Below are positions 20,298-30,841 of a stretch of DNA of 64,000 nucleotides, in pieces. A model generated the notes under the pieces. The model saw nothing but the letters and a program-made list of their open reading frames with translations, was not told the DNA's origin and ran no database searches. The DNA comes from a virus (taxonomy: Duplodnaviria; Heunggongvirae; Uroviricota; Caudoviricetes). The DNA is taken from the IMG/VR virus record IMGVR_UViG_3300035208_004239, positions 259,611-323,610 of that record; one strand, 5' to 3'. Each line of letters starts with the position of its first letter. Within the stretch, counting starts at the first letter, position 1. The position numbers were made by a program, and so were the translations under genes.

Positions 20298-20726
20298 ATG
20301 GGTAATAAAAAATATTTAATTGTGAAAGATCGTGTTGAAATTTATAAAGATTTTGCATTAAATCTTTTATATTATATATATAATTATTATATTGATAAAG
20401 AAAGTCTTAGTGATGATCAGGATATTTATAATCATTATATTTGGTGTTTTAATAAAGTGTGTGATGAATTTTTAAAAGAAAATTTAGATTTTTCAAAAAA
20501 TGATGAATTAAAAATGTATTTTTATTCTTATTATTATCATCAATTTTATAAAATTAATGGAAATGTAGTACATGATACTTCTTTAGCATATTACGAAAAA
20601 TTTTGGAAAAATATTTTTGAAATAGACAAACAAAAAAATAAAAACATTATTAACATATTAATTGAAATTTATACAATTTATGATAATTCAATAAATTTAG
20701 AAAAAAATATTTTAGAGATTGTTTAA
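20298..20726 (+). CDS. hypothetical Tyr-rich protein
   Basis: 142-aa ORF starting at stop of previous gene. Confidence 0.4.
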   Translation: MGNKKYLIVKDRVEIYKDFALNLLYYIYNYYIDKESLSDDQDIYNHYIWCFNKVCDEFLKENLDFSKNDELKMYFYSYYYHQFYKINGNVVHDTSLAYYEKFWKNIFEIDKQKNKNIINILIEIYTIYDNSINLEKNILEIV

Positions 20727-20801
20727 AAACTCTTGCATTTTCACACATTAATAATTATTTTTACTAATCATAAATTATAAGAATAATAAAATACATAAAT
20801 T

Positions 20802-21092
20802 ATGGCAGATTTAAAAAAAGACCTTTTAAATGATTTAATGAACAGTAAATATTATGCTGAAATGGAACTTGTTCGTTTAGCGCAAGAACCAAACATGAAT
20901 TATAAAAAAAAAATTAAGGAAATGAAATTTAAGCTTAAAAAACTTGGATTATTAAATGCAGAAATTGGTTTAGTTGGTCAATATTTTCAAGAACCACTTG
21001 CAGGAGCATCTTCTCCATCACAAGGAACAGCTAATACTGTCACAAATCCACCAGCCGGACAAGTTCATCCGGGACAAACACATGGTGAATAA
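20802..21092 (+). CDS. hypothetical protein
   Basis: 96-aa ORF. Confidence 0.35.
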   Translation: MADLKKDLLNDLMNSKYYAEMELVRLAQEPNMNYKKKIKEMKFKLKKLGLLNAEIGLVGQYFQEPLAGASSPSQGTANTVTNPPAGQVHPGQTHGE

Positions 21093-21098
21093 CATTAC

Positions 21099-21308
21099 AT
21101 GGAGTTATTAATAAAAATATTATCCGAAACATATCAGGCGTTATTTATTTCTTCCATAATTTTTATAATTAATATTATAATTAATTTGATTATAAAAATA
21201 TATGGAAGATTTAAGTTCAATACTGAAACACGATTTGTTTTAACAAATAGTGAAAAAATTTTACTTTGGATTTCATTAACAATATTTATTTCATATATAA
21301 TTAAATGA
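21099..21308 (+). CDS. small hydrophobic protein
   Basis: 69 aa, two predicted TM segments. Confidence 0.3.
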   Translation: MELLIKILSETYQALFISSIIFIINIIINLIIKIYGRFKFNTETRFVLTNSEKILLWISLTIFISYIIK

Positions 21309-21784
21309 AAACTGTTGAATTAGCATTGAAACCAATAACTGGTTATTTAATTTCAATAAATCGTAACACAAAAAGTGGTTGGTATGAATTCGAAATAGGT
21401 ATTCATACTAATTGGGTTGTTGGTGAAAATACTAAAATTAGTTGTGATGTATTAAGTGAAAATTCTACGGGAAAATTAATTAAAGTATCACCAAAAAGTG
21501 AAAATGTTGGTATTGATGAATTAATATTATTTGTCGAAGCAATAATTAATACAAATAAAAAAATTGCGGATAAAGAAAAACAATTTACAGACAAAATGGA
21601 ACAAATGAAAGGAGTATTAGAAAAAGAAGCAAGAAAATTTTATGATGATCTTGCTATTCTTAAAGAAACATCATTTAATAATTTCACAAAATCTCTCGAA
21701 TTGGAAAAAGTATCGAAAAAAAGAAAATCAATAATTGATAAAAAATCAATTCCAATAACTGGAGTTACATCATTTGATAATTAA
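21305..21784 (+). CDS. hypothetical protein
   Basis: 159-aa ORF, ATGA overlap with upstream. Confidence 0.4.
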   Translation: MKTVELALKPITGYLISINRNTKSGWYEFEIGIHTNWVVGENTKISCDVLSENSTGKLIKVSPKSENVGIDELILFVEAIINTNKKIADKEKQFTDKMEQMKGVLEKEARKFYDDLAILKETSFNNFTKSLELEKVSKKRKSIIDKKSIPITGVTSFDN

Positions 21785-21806
21785 ATAATCAATTCCAATA
21801 ACTGGA
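21743..21806. repeat. 20-bp direct repeat aatcaattccaataactgga (2 copies, 21743-21762 and 21787-21806) flanking the stop codon of the upstream gene
   Basis: Exact match read directly; second copy forms a 7-bp hairpin aattcca/tggaatt. Confidence 0.7.
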
Positions 21807-21822
21807 ATTATATTATTATAAT

Positions 21823-22254
21823 ATGTTATCTACTACAAAATACTTAAAAAATAAGACAGGTCAATCAGATGGGAGAAATTCTATAAAAAAAGAAACAAAA
21901 TCACCATCATATCCTTCATTAGAAAAAATTAATATTGATGATGATAATAATGTAGATTATGATACATTTTCAGAGTATCTTGGAAAGGATACTGATCGTA
22001 ATAAAAATAAAATTGCATCAGAAATTCAAGATATGGGTGAAAAATTAATTCAAGAAATTGAAGATAAAAAATATCTGGAAACAATAAAAAAACATGAATA
22101 TATTCCATATATATTAAAACATTCCAAAGGAATAATATCTGCTGAAGAATTGCTTTCATATAGTCTTAATGATGTTAAAAGAATTTATTTGGATGTCAAG
22201 GAAGAAAAAAAATCACGGTTTGTAAGATTTTTTAGATTTATATTCAATATATAG
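21823..22254 (+). CDS. hypothetical protein
   Basis: 143-aa ORF. Confidence 0.4.
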   Translation: MLSTTKYLKNKTGQSDGRNSIKKETKSPSYPSLEKINIDDDNNVDYDTFSEYLGKDTDRNKNKIASEIQDMGEKLIQEIEDKKYLETIKKHEYIPYILKHSKGIISAEELLSYSLNDVKRIYLDVKEEKKSRFVRFFRFIFNI

Positions 22255-22278
22255 TATTAACTATTAATTTAATTATCT

Positions 22279-23052
22279 ATGGCACAATTATTTGAAGGAG
22301 TTTTTAATAAATCCATCATTCATGAAACGTTATTTTTTAATATTAAAACAGTTTTAGAATATCCGACTCTTGAAAAATTAAAGGAAAAAAACGAATCATT
22401 ATTTGAACGTTGGAAATTTATATCAAAAAATAAATATAATGCAGATTCTATTGAATCAGAAAAGATATATAATGAAAATGCTTCGTATTATCCTGAATAT
22501 TCTCGGATCGTAGCAATTACTTATGGTAATGTGTATATGGAAAATGGTGAATTAAAAAGAACCATAAAAAGATATGTGAGTGAAAATGAACAAGAAATAG
22601 TTGGTAATTTTATTGATATGTTACAACAATTATCAATTGAAAGTATTCAATCAAATCCACAATTTTTTCCAATACTTTGTGGTTATAATATCATTAATTA
22701 TGATTTGCCTTTATTGATTAAAAGATTTCTATTACATAAAAAAAATCTTACAACTAAAGAATTGCCTTTAATTATTAAAAATATATTAAATGTTAAACCT
22801 TGGGAATCTGGTATAATTGATGTAATTAATATATGGAAATTTAATGGTTATGATACTACTTCTTTAATGTTAATTAGTGATTTTCTTGGTCTAAAAAAAA
22901 CCACGAATTTATTACCTGCTAATGAATTATCTAAATATTATTGGTCTAACATTCAAGAAAAACCTAAAGAAACTCTTGATTTTGTGGGATTACAATCTGC
23001 AACACAAACAAACTTAATTATTCAACTTATGAATGAACTAAGACAACTATAG
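22279..23052 (+). CDS. DnaQ-superfamily (PolB-exonuclease-like) protein, possibly degenerate
   Basis: ILCGYNIINYDLPLLIKRF resembles Exo II (hNa.FDl.fL) and YDTTSLMLISDFLGL Exo III; Exo I acidic pair not evident. Confidence 0.3.
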   Translation: MAQLFEGVFNKSIIHETLFFNIKTVLEYPTLEKLKEKNESLFERWKFISKNKYNADSIESEKIYNENASYYPEYSRIVAITYGNVYMENGELKRTIKRYVSENEQEIVGNFIDMLQQLSIESIQSNPQFFPILCGYNIINYDLPLLIKRFLLHKKNLTTKELPLIIKNILNVKPWESGIIDVINIWKFNGYDTTSLMLISDFLGLKKTTNLLPANELSKYYWSNIQEKPKETLDFVGLQSATQTNLIIQLMNELRQL

Positions 23053-23078
23053 AATAACATATTAAATTCTTATAAAAA

Positions 23079-23110
23079 AGGAGTAAATTTTTAATATTTA
23101 CTCCTTTTTT
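23079..23110. terminator. bidirectional terminator at convergence of + block and - block
   Basis: 10-bp stem aggagtaaat/atttactcct, loop ttttaat, A-run before and T-run after. Confidence 0.6.
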
Positions 23111-23134
23111 ATGGTCTAAATTGAATAAATATAA

Positions 23135-23422
23135 TTATTGCCAAATTAATTGTTCAGTAAATGTACCTTCAATACTTTCAGAATCATAATATTTATCGAA
23201 ATTTTCTTCAGTCATATATGCTCTTTTCATTTTATTTTCACCGTATAGTAGATAATCGAACATATCAATCATAGTATTAAAGAAAATATATGTTCCTTCC
23301 CGATAAATATAGACAAAACTATCTTTCCAATCACTAATGGGAGAATAATTAAGCAAGACACCTAATGTCCTGCTTTTATCTGAATATTCTTCTTCGTGAG
23401 CAGTTTTAATTTTTGTGATCAT
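23135..23422 (-). CDS. hypothetical protein
   Basis: 95-aa ORF. Confidence 0.4.
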   Translation of the reverse strand: MITKIKTAHEEEYSDKSRTLGVLLNYSPISDWKDSFVYIYREGTYIFFNTMIDMFDYLLYGENKMKRAYMTEENFDKYYDSESIEGTFTEQLIWQ

Positions 23423-24320
23423 TTTTTGCTAATAATATTGATTCTGTGGTTAAATAAGTATAAAAATAACTTAATGGGTCTTTTAATTCATTATTTTGAT
23501 GTATTTCATAATGAAGATGATCACCAGTTGCTAAACCCGTATTTCCAACAGTTCCAATATAATCACCCTTTTGAACAATTTGTCCTTTTTTTATGATTAT
23601 GGATGAAAGATGAGCATAAAGTGTTTCAAAACCACTTGAATTTTTTATAACAATTTTGTTTCCGTAACCATATTTTGAATATGTTATTTTTTCAACTATA
23701 CCTTTCATTGATGAATATACTTTAGTTCCTTTACTTGCATTAATATCAACACCATCATGAAATAGTTGTGTATGATAAATTGGATGCATTCTCCATCCAA
23801 ATCCTGATGATATTTGAATTAAATCAATTGTTTTAATTGGTGAAATAGTAGGATAATTATTTAAAAGTTCTTTATTATTTTTTATTTCTTCTGATGTTGA
23901 TAACATTTTTTCTAATTGATTAGCCATTATACAAGATAATGTTAACATTCTTTTATCTAAATAATTAAAAATTGAATCAACTGAAATTGTATCTAAATTT
24001 GTATATAAATTAAACGATTTAATATTAAGACAATTAGTATCAATATCAATTCCTAAAGTTTGATAATAAATATAGTTATCATAATTATTGATTGAAATTA
24101 AATTGTTTTCAATATCAATTAATTTTTTTTCGAGTTCAACATATTTTTTTCTTAACATAAAATTTTCATACAATAAAATGCCATTTTTATTGTTGATAAT
24201 TATATCATCATTGGTACTGGCACTAATTGGAGTTGAACTAAAAAAAATCATCACATTGACTGCAAGTAAAATTGAAAAGACAATTATTAACTTACGTAAA
24301 ATTAAAATAGATTTTCTCAT
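23406..24320 (-). CDS. secreted M23-family metallopeptidase (peptidoglycan endopeptidase)
   Basis: N-terminal signal/TM ILILRKLIIVFSILLAVNVMIFF; M23 motifs HDGVDI (HxxxD) and GDHLHYE (HxH). Confidence 0.75.
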   Translation of the reverse strand: MRKSILILRKLIIVFSILLAVNVMIFFSSTPISASTNDDIIINNKNGILLYENFMLRKKYVELEKKLIDIENNLISINNYDNYIYYQTLGIDIDTNCLNIKSFNLYTNLDTISVDSIFNYLDKRMLTLSCIMANQLEKMLSTSEEIKNNKELLNNYPTISPIKTIDLIQISSGFGWRMHPIYHTQLFHDGVDINASKGTKVYSSMKGIVEKITYSKYGYGNKIVIKNSSGFETLYAHLSSIIIKKGQIVQKGDYIGTVGNTGLATGDHLHYEIHQNNELKDPLSYFYTYLTTESILLAKNDHKN

Positions 24321-24420
24321 AATAGTTTTTTTAAATAGTGTTATTTTTGGAAATTAAACAGTTAACCAACAAGTATTTTTAAAAAAATCTTATAATCTGG
24401 TGCTGTTTTTAAATGAAAAT

Positions 24421-24444
24421 GCCCGAAAATGTAAATTTTTTCGG
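24421..24444 (-). terminator. hairpin, possible terminator within 260-bp intergenic region
   Basis: cccgaaaa/ttttcggg 8-bp stem. Confidence 0.3.
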
Positions 24445-24584
24445 GTATTGAGAAGTTTGGTACTTCATTTTTAACCAAATTTCTTATATTTGAAGGAATT
24501 TTTTGTCGAATTTTCCTTAATATTATGAATATGTTTATTATCATTTGGTATATATAAATACAAAAAAAACCTGCAAACACCATA

Positions 24585-24845
24585 TTATTGGGTATCAGCC
24601 GTTTTTTCTTTGTCAAATATTTTAAATTCCTTTCTACTAAGTTCTTGATAAATATCTGCAATAATTTTAAGTGCTTTTTTTATTTTTTTCTTTATTTTTT
24701 TATGTTTTTTGAACACAGGATGTCCATCAATAAACATTTCACCAATATTACCCAATAAATAAATTCTTTCAATTGCTTCATGATAGTGAAATTGATCAAG
24801 AATTAAATTTTTATTTTTTTTCTTTGAATGTCCCATATTATTCAA
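24585..24845 (-). CDS. small basic hypothetical protein
   Basis: 86-aa ORF whose ATG overlaps the stop of the upstream - strand gene. Confidence 0.3.
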   Translation of the reverse strand: MNNMGHSKKKNKNLILDQFHYHEAIERIYLLGNIGEMFIDGHPVFKKHKKIKKKIKKALKIIADIYQELSRKEFKIFDKEKTADTQ

Positions 24846-25578
24846 TATTGATAATTTTTAAATTATCTTGTTTAAATTTCATTCTATTAATAGTTTTCTC
24901 CGGGGATAGAATAAATAAATGTGATTCACCAATTCTTTTAAAACCACAATTATTCGCTTTTGAAAATAATTTATATTCATTTAATTCTTCATCATTCTTT
25001 TTAGTTAATTGATTTAATTCAAAATATTTAACTGCTGGAATAATATGAGTTTCAGTTGAATTATAATATTCTTTATATTTTACTGTTTTATATTTTAAAT
25101 ATGTGTCATAATCATTATTATTATTTTGAAGTGGTTTTACAAGCATAATTATGGCAGTATGATCATTATGATATTCTTTATAGATCATTTCCACAAATTC
25201 TTCAGTAACACCTTTTTTTCGAAATTCTTCCAATATAATATAACTATGTATGAAAATTATTTTTTTGTAATAATTAATGTGAAATTCATTATGGTTTATT
25301 AATTTAAGTAATTCGGAATATGCATCATCAAGACAATAATAATTAAATAATTTGCAAAAATCTGCCCCAAATGATATACCTAATCCAATATTCCAAATAG
25401 AGAAACGATATTCACCAATAATGCGGGGTAATTTATGCTCATTAATTCTAATTTGAGAAATATTGCCTTCACATTCAGTAATAAAATTTTCATGTTCACA
25501 TATGAGATCAAAATTTTTATGTAAAGTTCGAGTATCAAATGCGAGATTAATCCATATGTTCCAATCAGAAATATTCAT
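24838..25578 (-). CDS. hypothetical protein (weak GNAT-acetyltransferase-like segment)
   Basis: IHSYIILEEFRKKGVTEEFVEMIY loosely resembles GNAT motif A; 246 aa. Confidence 0.35.
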   Translation of the reverse strand: MNISDWNIWINLAFDTRTLHKNFDLICEHENFITECEGNISQIRINEHKLPRIIGEYRFSIWNIGLGISFGADFCKLFNYYCLDDAYSELLKLINHNEFHINYYKKIIFIHSYIILEEFRKKGVTEEFVEMIYKEYHNDHTAIIMLVKPLQNNNNDYDTYLKYKTVKYKEYYNSTETHIIPAVKYFELNQLTKKNDEELNEYKLFSKANNCGFKRIGESHLFILSPEKTINRMKFKQDNLKIINIE

Positions 25579-25619
25579 ATAAACAAAGATAATAAAAATT
25601 TAGTAAATTACAAATTGAA

Positions 25620-26051
25620 TTAAGATAACTCATGAGACTTACCAATACTACCCAATAAGTTGGTATAGTAACCAGAAACCTCATTTTTATTCATAAAATC
25701 TTTTGGTTCAAGGATGTTAATAATCTGTTCATACCAATAAAGCTGAATACCAAATCGATCCATATCGTTAATAAATTCATTGATTGTTTTGGGTAAACTC
25801 ATTTGATATGTAATATTATCACCAATATTTTTTATTTTATAATTATCAAGGTAAAATTCAAGAATTATTTTATCATCATTGATAAATTTATACCAGTTAA
25901 TCATATTCTTGCCTTTCCACCCATTAAAAAGCGTCTTACAAGAATTTTCATTGAATACTGGATATAACATATCAATTGAAAACAAAGTAGCAAGAAACGC
26001 TTTATATTTCTCGCTACAGTTAGTTTGAATAAATGGGATTACATTTATCAT
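25620..26051 (-). CDS. hypothetical protein
   Basis: 143-aa ORF, ATGA overlap with downstream gene. Confidence 0.4.
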   Translation of the reverse strand: MINVIPFIQTNCSEKYKAFLATLFSIDMLYPVFNENSCKTLFNGWKGKNMINWYKFINDDKIILEFYLDNYKIKNIGDNITYQMSLPKTINEFINDMDRFGIQLYWYEQIINILEPKDFMNKNEVSGYYTNLLGSIGKSHELS

Positions 26052-26713
26052 AAATTTATTTTAAAATTTTCTTTTATTTTATACATTTCATTACCGATTG
26101 GTTCAAAAATGATAATATGAAAATATGATTTGTTTTTATCTTGTTTAGAATCTGTATATGAATGTTTTAAAATACCCATTTCAAATCTGCCTTCCGATAA
26201 AGGCTTGACATAGCTGCCCCAATTTTTATCTGTCGCACTAAAATAGATATCAAAATAATAATAGGCTTTAGCATTAGGCATTCTCCAATCTTCAGCAAAA
26301 TAACTATAAAAATCGACATCAATAATATCATCAGATGCAAGATTCCAAACCATATTAATGGTATCATCCAATCGATACAACCTGAGATTTCTTTTTATAA
26401 TATCACCCGAATACATATTATTATATGGATAATAATATTTACTGGTTGTATCTCTCATATATTCCCATTTATTGGCACAAAGTTCATTTACTTGATATGG
26501 CTCATATGAAAGCATATAATACTTATTATTGTCATAAAATCGATAAGTTGAAATAAAGGGATTGAAATTTGTAAAAATCCTAAAACCATTATCTTGTGAT
26601 CGTTCACATAAACTAACTTTATGTAATGGATCATAATCACCTCCAAATAAACCTTGTCCATAAGTACTCAAAGTAAGTAACATTATAATTGATAAAATCA
26701 TTAATTTTTTCAT
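26048..26713 (-). CDS. secreted hypothetical protein
   Basis: Signal peptide MKKLMILSIIMLLTLSTYGQ; 221 aa, Tyr-rich. Confidence 0.45.
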   Translation of the reverse strand: MKKLMILSIIMLLTLSTYGQGLFGGDYDPLHKVSLCERSQDNGFRIFTNFNPFISTYRFYDNNKYYMLSYEPYQVNELCANKWEYMRDTTSKYYYPYNNMYSGDIIKRNLRLYRLDDTINMVWNLASDDIIDVDFYSYFAEDWRMPNAKAYYYFDIYFSATDKNWGSYVKPLSEGRFEMGILKHSYTDSKQDKNKSYFHIIIFEPIGNEMYKIKENFKINL

Positions 26714-26771
26714 AAATTTAACTTTTAATATGATGGATTATACGGATCATAAGCATTATTGTTACAAAAAA

Positions 26772-26797
26772 AGGTGTATTTTCATACACCTTTTTTA
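26772..26797 (-). terminator. rho-independent terminator
   Basis: aggtgtat/atacacct 8-bp stem, tttc loop, flanked by A-run and T-run. Confidence 0.55.
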
Positions 26798-26816
26798 TTT
26801 ATAAAAATTTCTATAA

Positions 26817-27074
26817 TTATTCTTCAATTAATTTAAATATTGCTACTGGTAATACCATAAGGGTTTTTGGTTTATTTTTTTTATTTCTTAATTCATATTC
26901 AATTAATGAAGTAACTGCACCATCAGATAAAATTTCACCAATATTTATCCAGCTTCTATCAGTTACTTCAAAAAGTACTTCTTCAGTATCACCATCAATA
27001 AATTTAACTGGAATTCTTGGAGTTTCTTTTATGTATTTCATATTATTTAATATCAATTTTATTATATTTTTCAA
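26817..27074 (-). CDS. hypothetical protein
   Basis: 85-aa ORF. Confidence 0.35.
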   Translation of the reverse strand: MKNIIKLILNNMKYIKETPRIPVKFIDGDTEEVLFEVTDRSWINIGEILSDGAVTSLIEYELRNKKNKPKTLMVLPVAIFKLIEE

Positions 27075-27219
27075 ATTTTCTTTTCATATAAATTGTAGCA
27101 TCTTTATATAACCAATTCATAAATTTTCTTACTTGCCGACCACCAGTTAAACGTGTATTACCAATATCATTGTATCGAACACATGACTTCGATATTAGAA
27201 ACAGACCAATTGATGATGT

Positions 27220-27741
27220 TTATGGTAATTTAATATTAAATTTGTTTGATAAATATAATAATGCTTCAGCATTTCCACGACAGTCATCTACCGGAAAATG
27301 GGAGTGGTTAGTTATTCTATGTTTTTTCCATTTATAATACATATTATGTTCAGCACCGCAAAATAAATCACCAATTCTTCTGGATGACCAACCAAAAGGG
27401 TTTGAGCCATAAAATTTATGAAAATAATAATTAAGACATACTCCGAAATCATATCCATTATTATCTGAAATTCCAATTGGTGATCCGATTATATTAATTT
27501 TTAACCAATCCGCAAATTCAGTCATAACTTTTTCTGGTTCATTAAAAGTAAGATGTTCTTCACGACTAAATCCACTAATGGCAAGTGCTTCTGGATTCCA
27601 TTTATCTGAAATAGGTTTTATTTTACCGTAAAATATTTTAGATAATGATGGTTCAACAACGATTGCAGCAAAACAGACAATAGAATAATCTGGAATATAA
27701 CTACCATCGCTTTCAACATCAACACATATTAATTTACTCAT
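27220..27741 (-). CDS. DEDDh-type 3'-5' exonuclease (DnaQ-like)
   Basis: Exo I CVDVESDG, Exo II SDNNGYDFG, Exo III HSHFPVDDCRGNAEAL. Confidence 0.5.
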   Translation of the reverse strand: MSKLICVDVESDGSYIPDYSIVCFAAIVVEPSLSKIFYGKIKPISDKWNPEALAISGFSREEHLTFNEPEKVMTEFADWLKINIIGSPIGISDNNGYDFGVCLNYYFHKFYGSNPFGWSSRRIGDLFCGAEHNMYYKWKKHRITNHSHFPVDDCRGNAEALLYLSNKFNIKLP

Positions 27742-28013
27742 TTTTTATTTTTAGTATCAATTGGATTTACTGTAACAATATACATTTTTTGTAAATTGGA
27801 TTTAAACATCTTATTTGCGAAAATAAATAACATTAATTCAAATAATGTATGTGCTATTCCAAAAACATAATGACCTAAAGAAACAAGAACTGCAACAATT
27901 AAACCAAATGTTAATTTATTTAACCAAGGATTAAATTTATTAAACATTTCTTTAATTCGATTCCAATGGATTTTTTCTTTTCTCCAAAGAATTTTTACCA
28001 AATTTATTTTCAT
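27738..28013 (-). CDS. small membrane protein
   Basis: 91 aa with TM segment GLIVAVLVSLGHYVFGIA. Confidence 0.35.
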   Translation of the reverse strand: MKINLVKILWRKEKIHWNRIKEMFNKFNPWLNKLTFGLIVAVLVSLGHYVFGIAHTLFELMLFIFANKMFKSNLQKMYIVTVNPIDTKNKK

Positions 28014-28014
28014 A

Positions 28015-28554
28015 TTAAAAAGGTATTTTACGAATTAGTGATTTAGGTATTTTATTATATTCTTTTGGGGGAATGTAAAGAACCTTTATTGTAGCAATGC
28101 GTGGTAAACTAAAACCAGTTATCCAATTACTTGATTTAGTATCATAATAAAGTTTTTTCTTAATTATGTATCCTACAGTATCTGATTCGCTTGGTGCAAT
28201 GTAAATTGTATTTAGTTTAATTTTTGTTGTATTATCAGTTTTATTATTACCATACTTAATACAAGTATCTTTTTCATTTTTGGTTGTTATTACACAATAC
28301 GATTTAAAATTAATAGTATCTTTTTTTACAGTATCAACATGAAAACTATTAAAACTATAAGTTGGTTTTTTCCAAGCAATCTCAGTTCTTGTTGAAAGAT
28401 GTTTTCGTATTGAATAATTTGTGGCAAGAGTTGCAACTAATGCAACACCTGCACAAATTAATAGTACAAGATATCTATTTTCCCAAAATTTAGTTTTAAA
28501 AAAACATGAACAGATAAATGAAGTAATTAATACAGAGTTTATAAATATTAACAT
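28015..28554 (-). CDS. membrane protein
   Basis: 179 aa; N-terminal TM helices. Confidence 0.4.
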   Translation of the reverse strand: MLIFINSVLITSFICSCFFKTKFWENRYLVLLICAGVALVATLATNYSIRKHLSTRTEIAWKKPTYSFNSFHVDTVKKDTINFKSYCVITTKNEKDTCIKYGNNKTDNTTKIKLNTIYIAPSESDTVGYIIKKKLYYDTKSSNWITGFSLPRIATIKVLYIPPKEYNKIPKSLIRKIPF

Positions 28555-28574
28555 ATCTTTTAATTATTAAGTTT

Positions 28575-30050
28575 TTAAATTTCAACATTAGTTTCTTTAA
28601 TTTCTTCTTCCACATCTACCCATTCAAGACCCGGACAATAATCGGTATAACTTGAACTAAAATACTCACCAAAAATACCAGTGCTGTTAATAAGACCATT
28701 ACTAAAACCACATAATCCTTTCCAAATATTAACTCCAATAAAAGTACCTACTGGTGCTAAAATTAAATTAAAAAGAAATGTATAAAAAATGAATTTTATT
28801 GGTGTCCAAAGAACATAAAATAAACCATATGCAATTACAATTATAATATATTTTACTGGATAATAAATAATATATATTCCAATGAATCTAAGTGGTTCAG
28901 CATACCAAACTTTTTTTCCTCTTTTATATTTATTAATAACTCCTTGTAACCATCCGGTAATAAAAACATATAAAACATATATAATACCAACAACAATTGC
29001 TGATAAGCCAATAGCAGCAAAAAATATCCAATTACTAATACACCAATCAGCAGCAATTGTTATTCCTAAAACTAAACCATTTACGATAAAATAAGCAACA
29101 CCAAGTAAAAATATTGTAATAAATGCTCCTACAATTTGTTTAGTTGTTTTAATAATATTTTTCCAGTTAGCTGGATTTGTTCTAAATTTATTACGAATTG
29201 ATTTTAATACTTCACCAATTGATTCACCTAATTTATTAAAACCTTCATTTATTGGTTTCATTCTGGCTTCCCATTTAGCTTTTCTAATGATTTCTTTTCT
29301 TCTACGTTCTATGTTTTTTTCTCTTTCTTTTTCTTCATAAATAGCTGCTTTTCTTCTACGTTCAATGTTTATCTCATTACGTTCTTTACGCCATTTGGCT
29401 TCCATTTCTTCTTTTTTCTTTTTATATTCTTCTTCACTTATTTTTTTATCAATATTATATTTTTCAAGAATAAAATATTCAATAAATTCTTCGTCAGCCC
29501 ACTCAGTTTTGTTATTGAAAAACATTTTTACCGTTAATGGCATTTTATTATGTTTATCTTGATAAGAACCCCTATACACATCATATGCTTCTTGATCATT
29601 CAAATCAGCTATATACCGATTAACTAATATTTCAAGACAATTAAAGAAAAGAGTTGGGAAAAATAAAAATATTTTCAATAGAAGTTTTGCAATAAATATG
29701 AAAGAGCAAACAAATAAGGAAAATAATAATAACCAAAAATACGGACATCCGTTTTGCATAGTTTTTGGTGTTGGTGCATTATCCCGGAGTACATATTTAA
29801 TTAAACGATAATGCCATGATTTCATACTTACTCGCATAAGTTTTGGCTTATCTGCTTGAATTACATATTGTTCATCCCCATCATTTAAACGAACTACACT
29901 ATCAATAGGAAATGAACCTAAAATACTTTCAACTACCTTAATATAATAGCCATGTTTATCATTATAAAGAAAACCTTTAAAATGTGAAATATCATGTTGA
30001 TAGAAATCAACGATTTTATTTACTAAGTACTCAAATTTTTGATTTTTCAT
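28575..30050 (-). CDS. large integral membrane protein with internal basic coiled-coil (NIERRRK repeats)
   Basis: 491 aa; multiple hydrophobic helices; ERRRKAAIYEEKEREKNIERRRKEIIRKAKWE segment. Confidence 0.5.
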   Translation of the reverse strand: MKNQKFEYLVNKIVDFYQHDISHFKGFLYNDKHGYYIKVVESILGSFPIDSVVRLNDGDEQYVIQADKPKLMRVSMKSWHYRLIKYVLRDNAPTPKTMQNGCPYFWLLLFSLFVCSFIFIAKLLLKIFLFFPTLFFNCLEILVNRYIADLNDQEAYDVYRGSYQDKHNKMPLTVKMFFNNKTEWADEEFIEYFILEKYNIDKKISEEEYKKKKEEMEAKWRKERNEINIERRRKAAIYEEKEREKNIERRRKEIIRKAKWEARMKPINEGFNKLGESIGEVLKSIRNKFRTNPANWKNIIKTTKQIVGAFITIFLLGVAYFIVNGLVLGITIAADWCISNWIFFAAIGLSAIVVGIIYVLYVFITGWLQGVINKYKRGKKVWYAEPLRFIGIYIIYYPVKYIIIVIAYGLFYVLWTPIKFIFYTFLFNLILAPVGTFIGVNIWKGLCGFSNGLINSTGIFGEYFSSSYTDYCPGLEWVDVEEEIKETNVEI

Positions 30051-30059
30051 ATAATTAAT

Positions 30060-30350
30060 TTATTTAATAGTGTCATCTTCTAAAAAAAATTGTGCGAAAT
30101 TTGGATCAATAATGATATCATCGTAGTTTCCCAAAGTATCTTTAATGTAAAATCGATATGTATTAATTGTACCTATAGAGTCTTGTTCAATTTTAAGAAT
30201 AATACTTCCTTTATATTCGTTAACATTATCAAATTTAACGAATGTACAACTACTACAAGAACTTAACAACAAATATAATACTAATGCGCTAAGTCCAAAT
30301 GTAAATATAAATGAAAATAAAAAAGCTAAAGTATTTTTTATTGTTTTCAT
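30060..30350 (-). CDS. small lipoprotein/secreted protein
   Basis: Signal peptide with LLLSSCSSC lipobox-like Cys. Confidence 0.4.
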   Translation of the reverse strand: MKTIKNTLAFLFSFIFTFGLSALVLYLLLSSCSSCTFVKFDNVNEYKGSIILKIEQDSIGTINTYRFYIKDTLGNYDDIIIDPNFAQFFLEDDTIK

Positions 30351-30841
30351 AAAAATTTAGTTAATATTTTGTGTTTAATACCACTTTGTTTAATACCTTC
30401 ATTTGAACGTGGTGTTATAATAAAATTATCTGGAATCCAAGTAGATAAATCAAGATCGTCAATAGCAACATATTGACATATGTCAATATGTTCATTAATG
30501 TATTGTAATATCTCCATTGAACGACATTCTTCTAATTCTTGTAAACTAAAATATTTGATACCCCATAAATTAGGGGTCTTATCAAATATTTTAGTTTTAA
30601 CACCATTTATTTCAAAGATACGGTTTAAAATATCGAGAGTATAATCCTCTTTCCAATCACTGGATAAAACTATACGTAAATCACTAATTTTTTCAATAAT
30701 TTGATTAAAAACATTTACGCATTTTTCATCAAACCTATAACGATTATATTCAGAATTCCATTTCTTTCTATTAGTGTAATATTGCATTGTTGTTGCTAAT
30801 ACACCGTCAATATCAAGAAATATATAATTATATTGTTTCAT
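30347..30841 (-). CDS. HAD-superfamily hydrolase-like protein
   Basis: N-terminal motif I FLDIDGVLATT (DxDGV). Confidence 0.45.
   Translation of the reverse strand: MKQYNYIFLDIDGVLATTMQYYTNRKKWNSEYNRYRFDEKCVNVFNQIIEKISDLRIVLSSDWKEDYTLDILNRIFEINGVKTKIFDKTPNLWGIKYFSLQELEECRSMEILQYINEHIDICQYVAIDDLDLSTWIPDNFIITPRSNEGIKQSGIKHKILTKFL

Noticed and set aside
24362-25012. ORFs 24362-24661 (-) and 24773-25012 (+)
   Set aside because: The first spans an intergenic hairpin and promoter region ahead of the M23 gene; the second is antisense to the 24838-25578 gene. Both are likely spurious.
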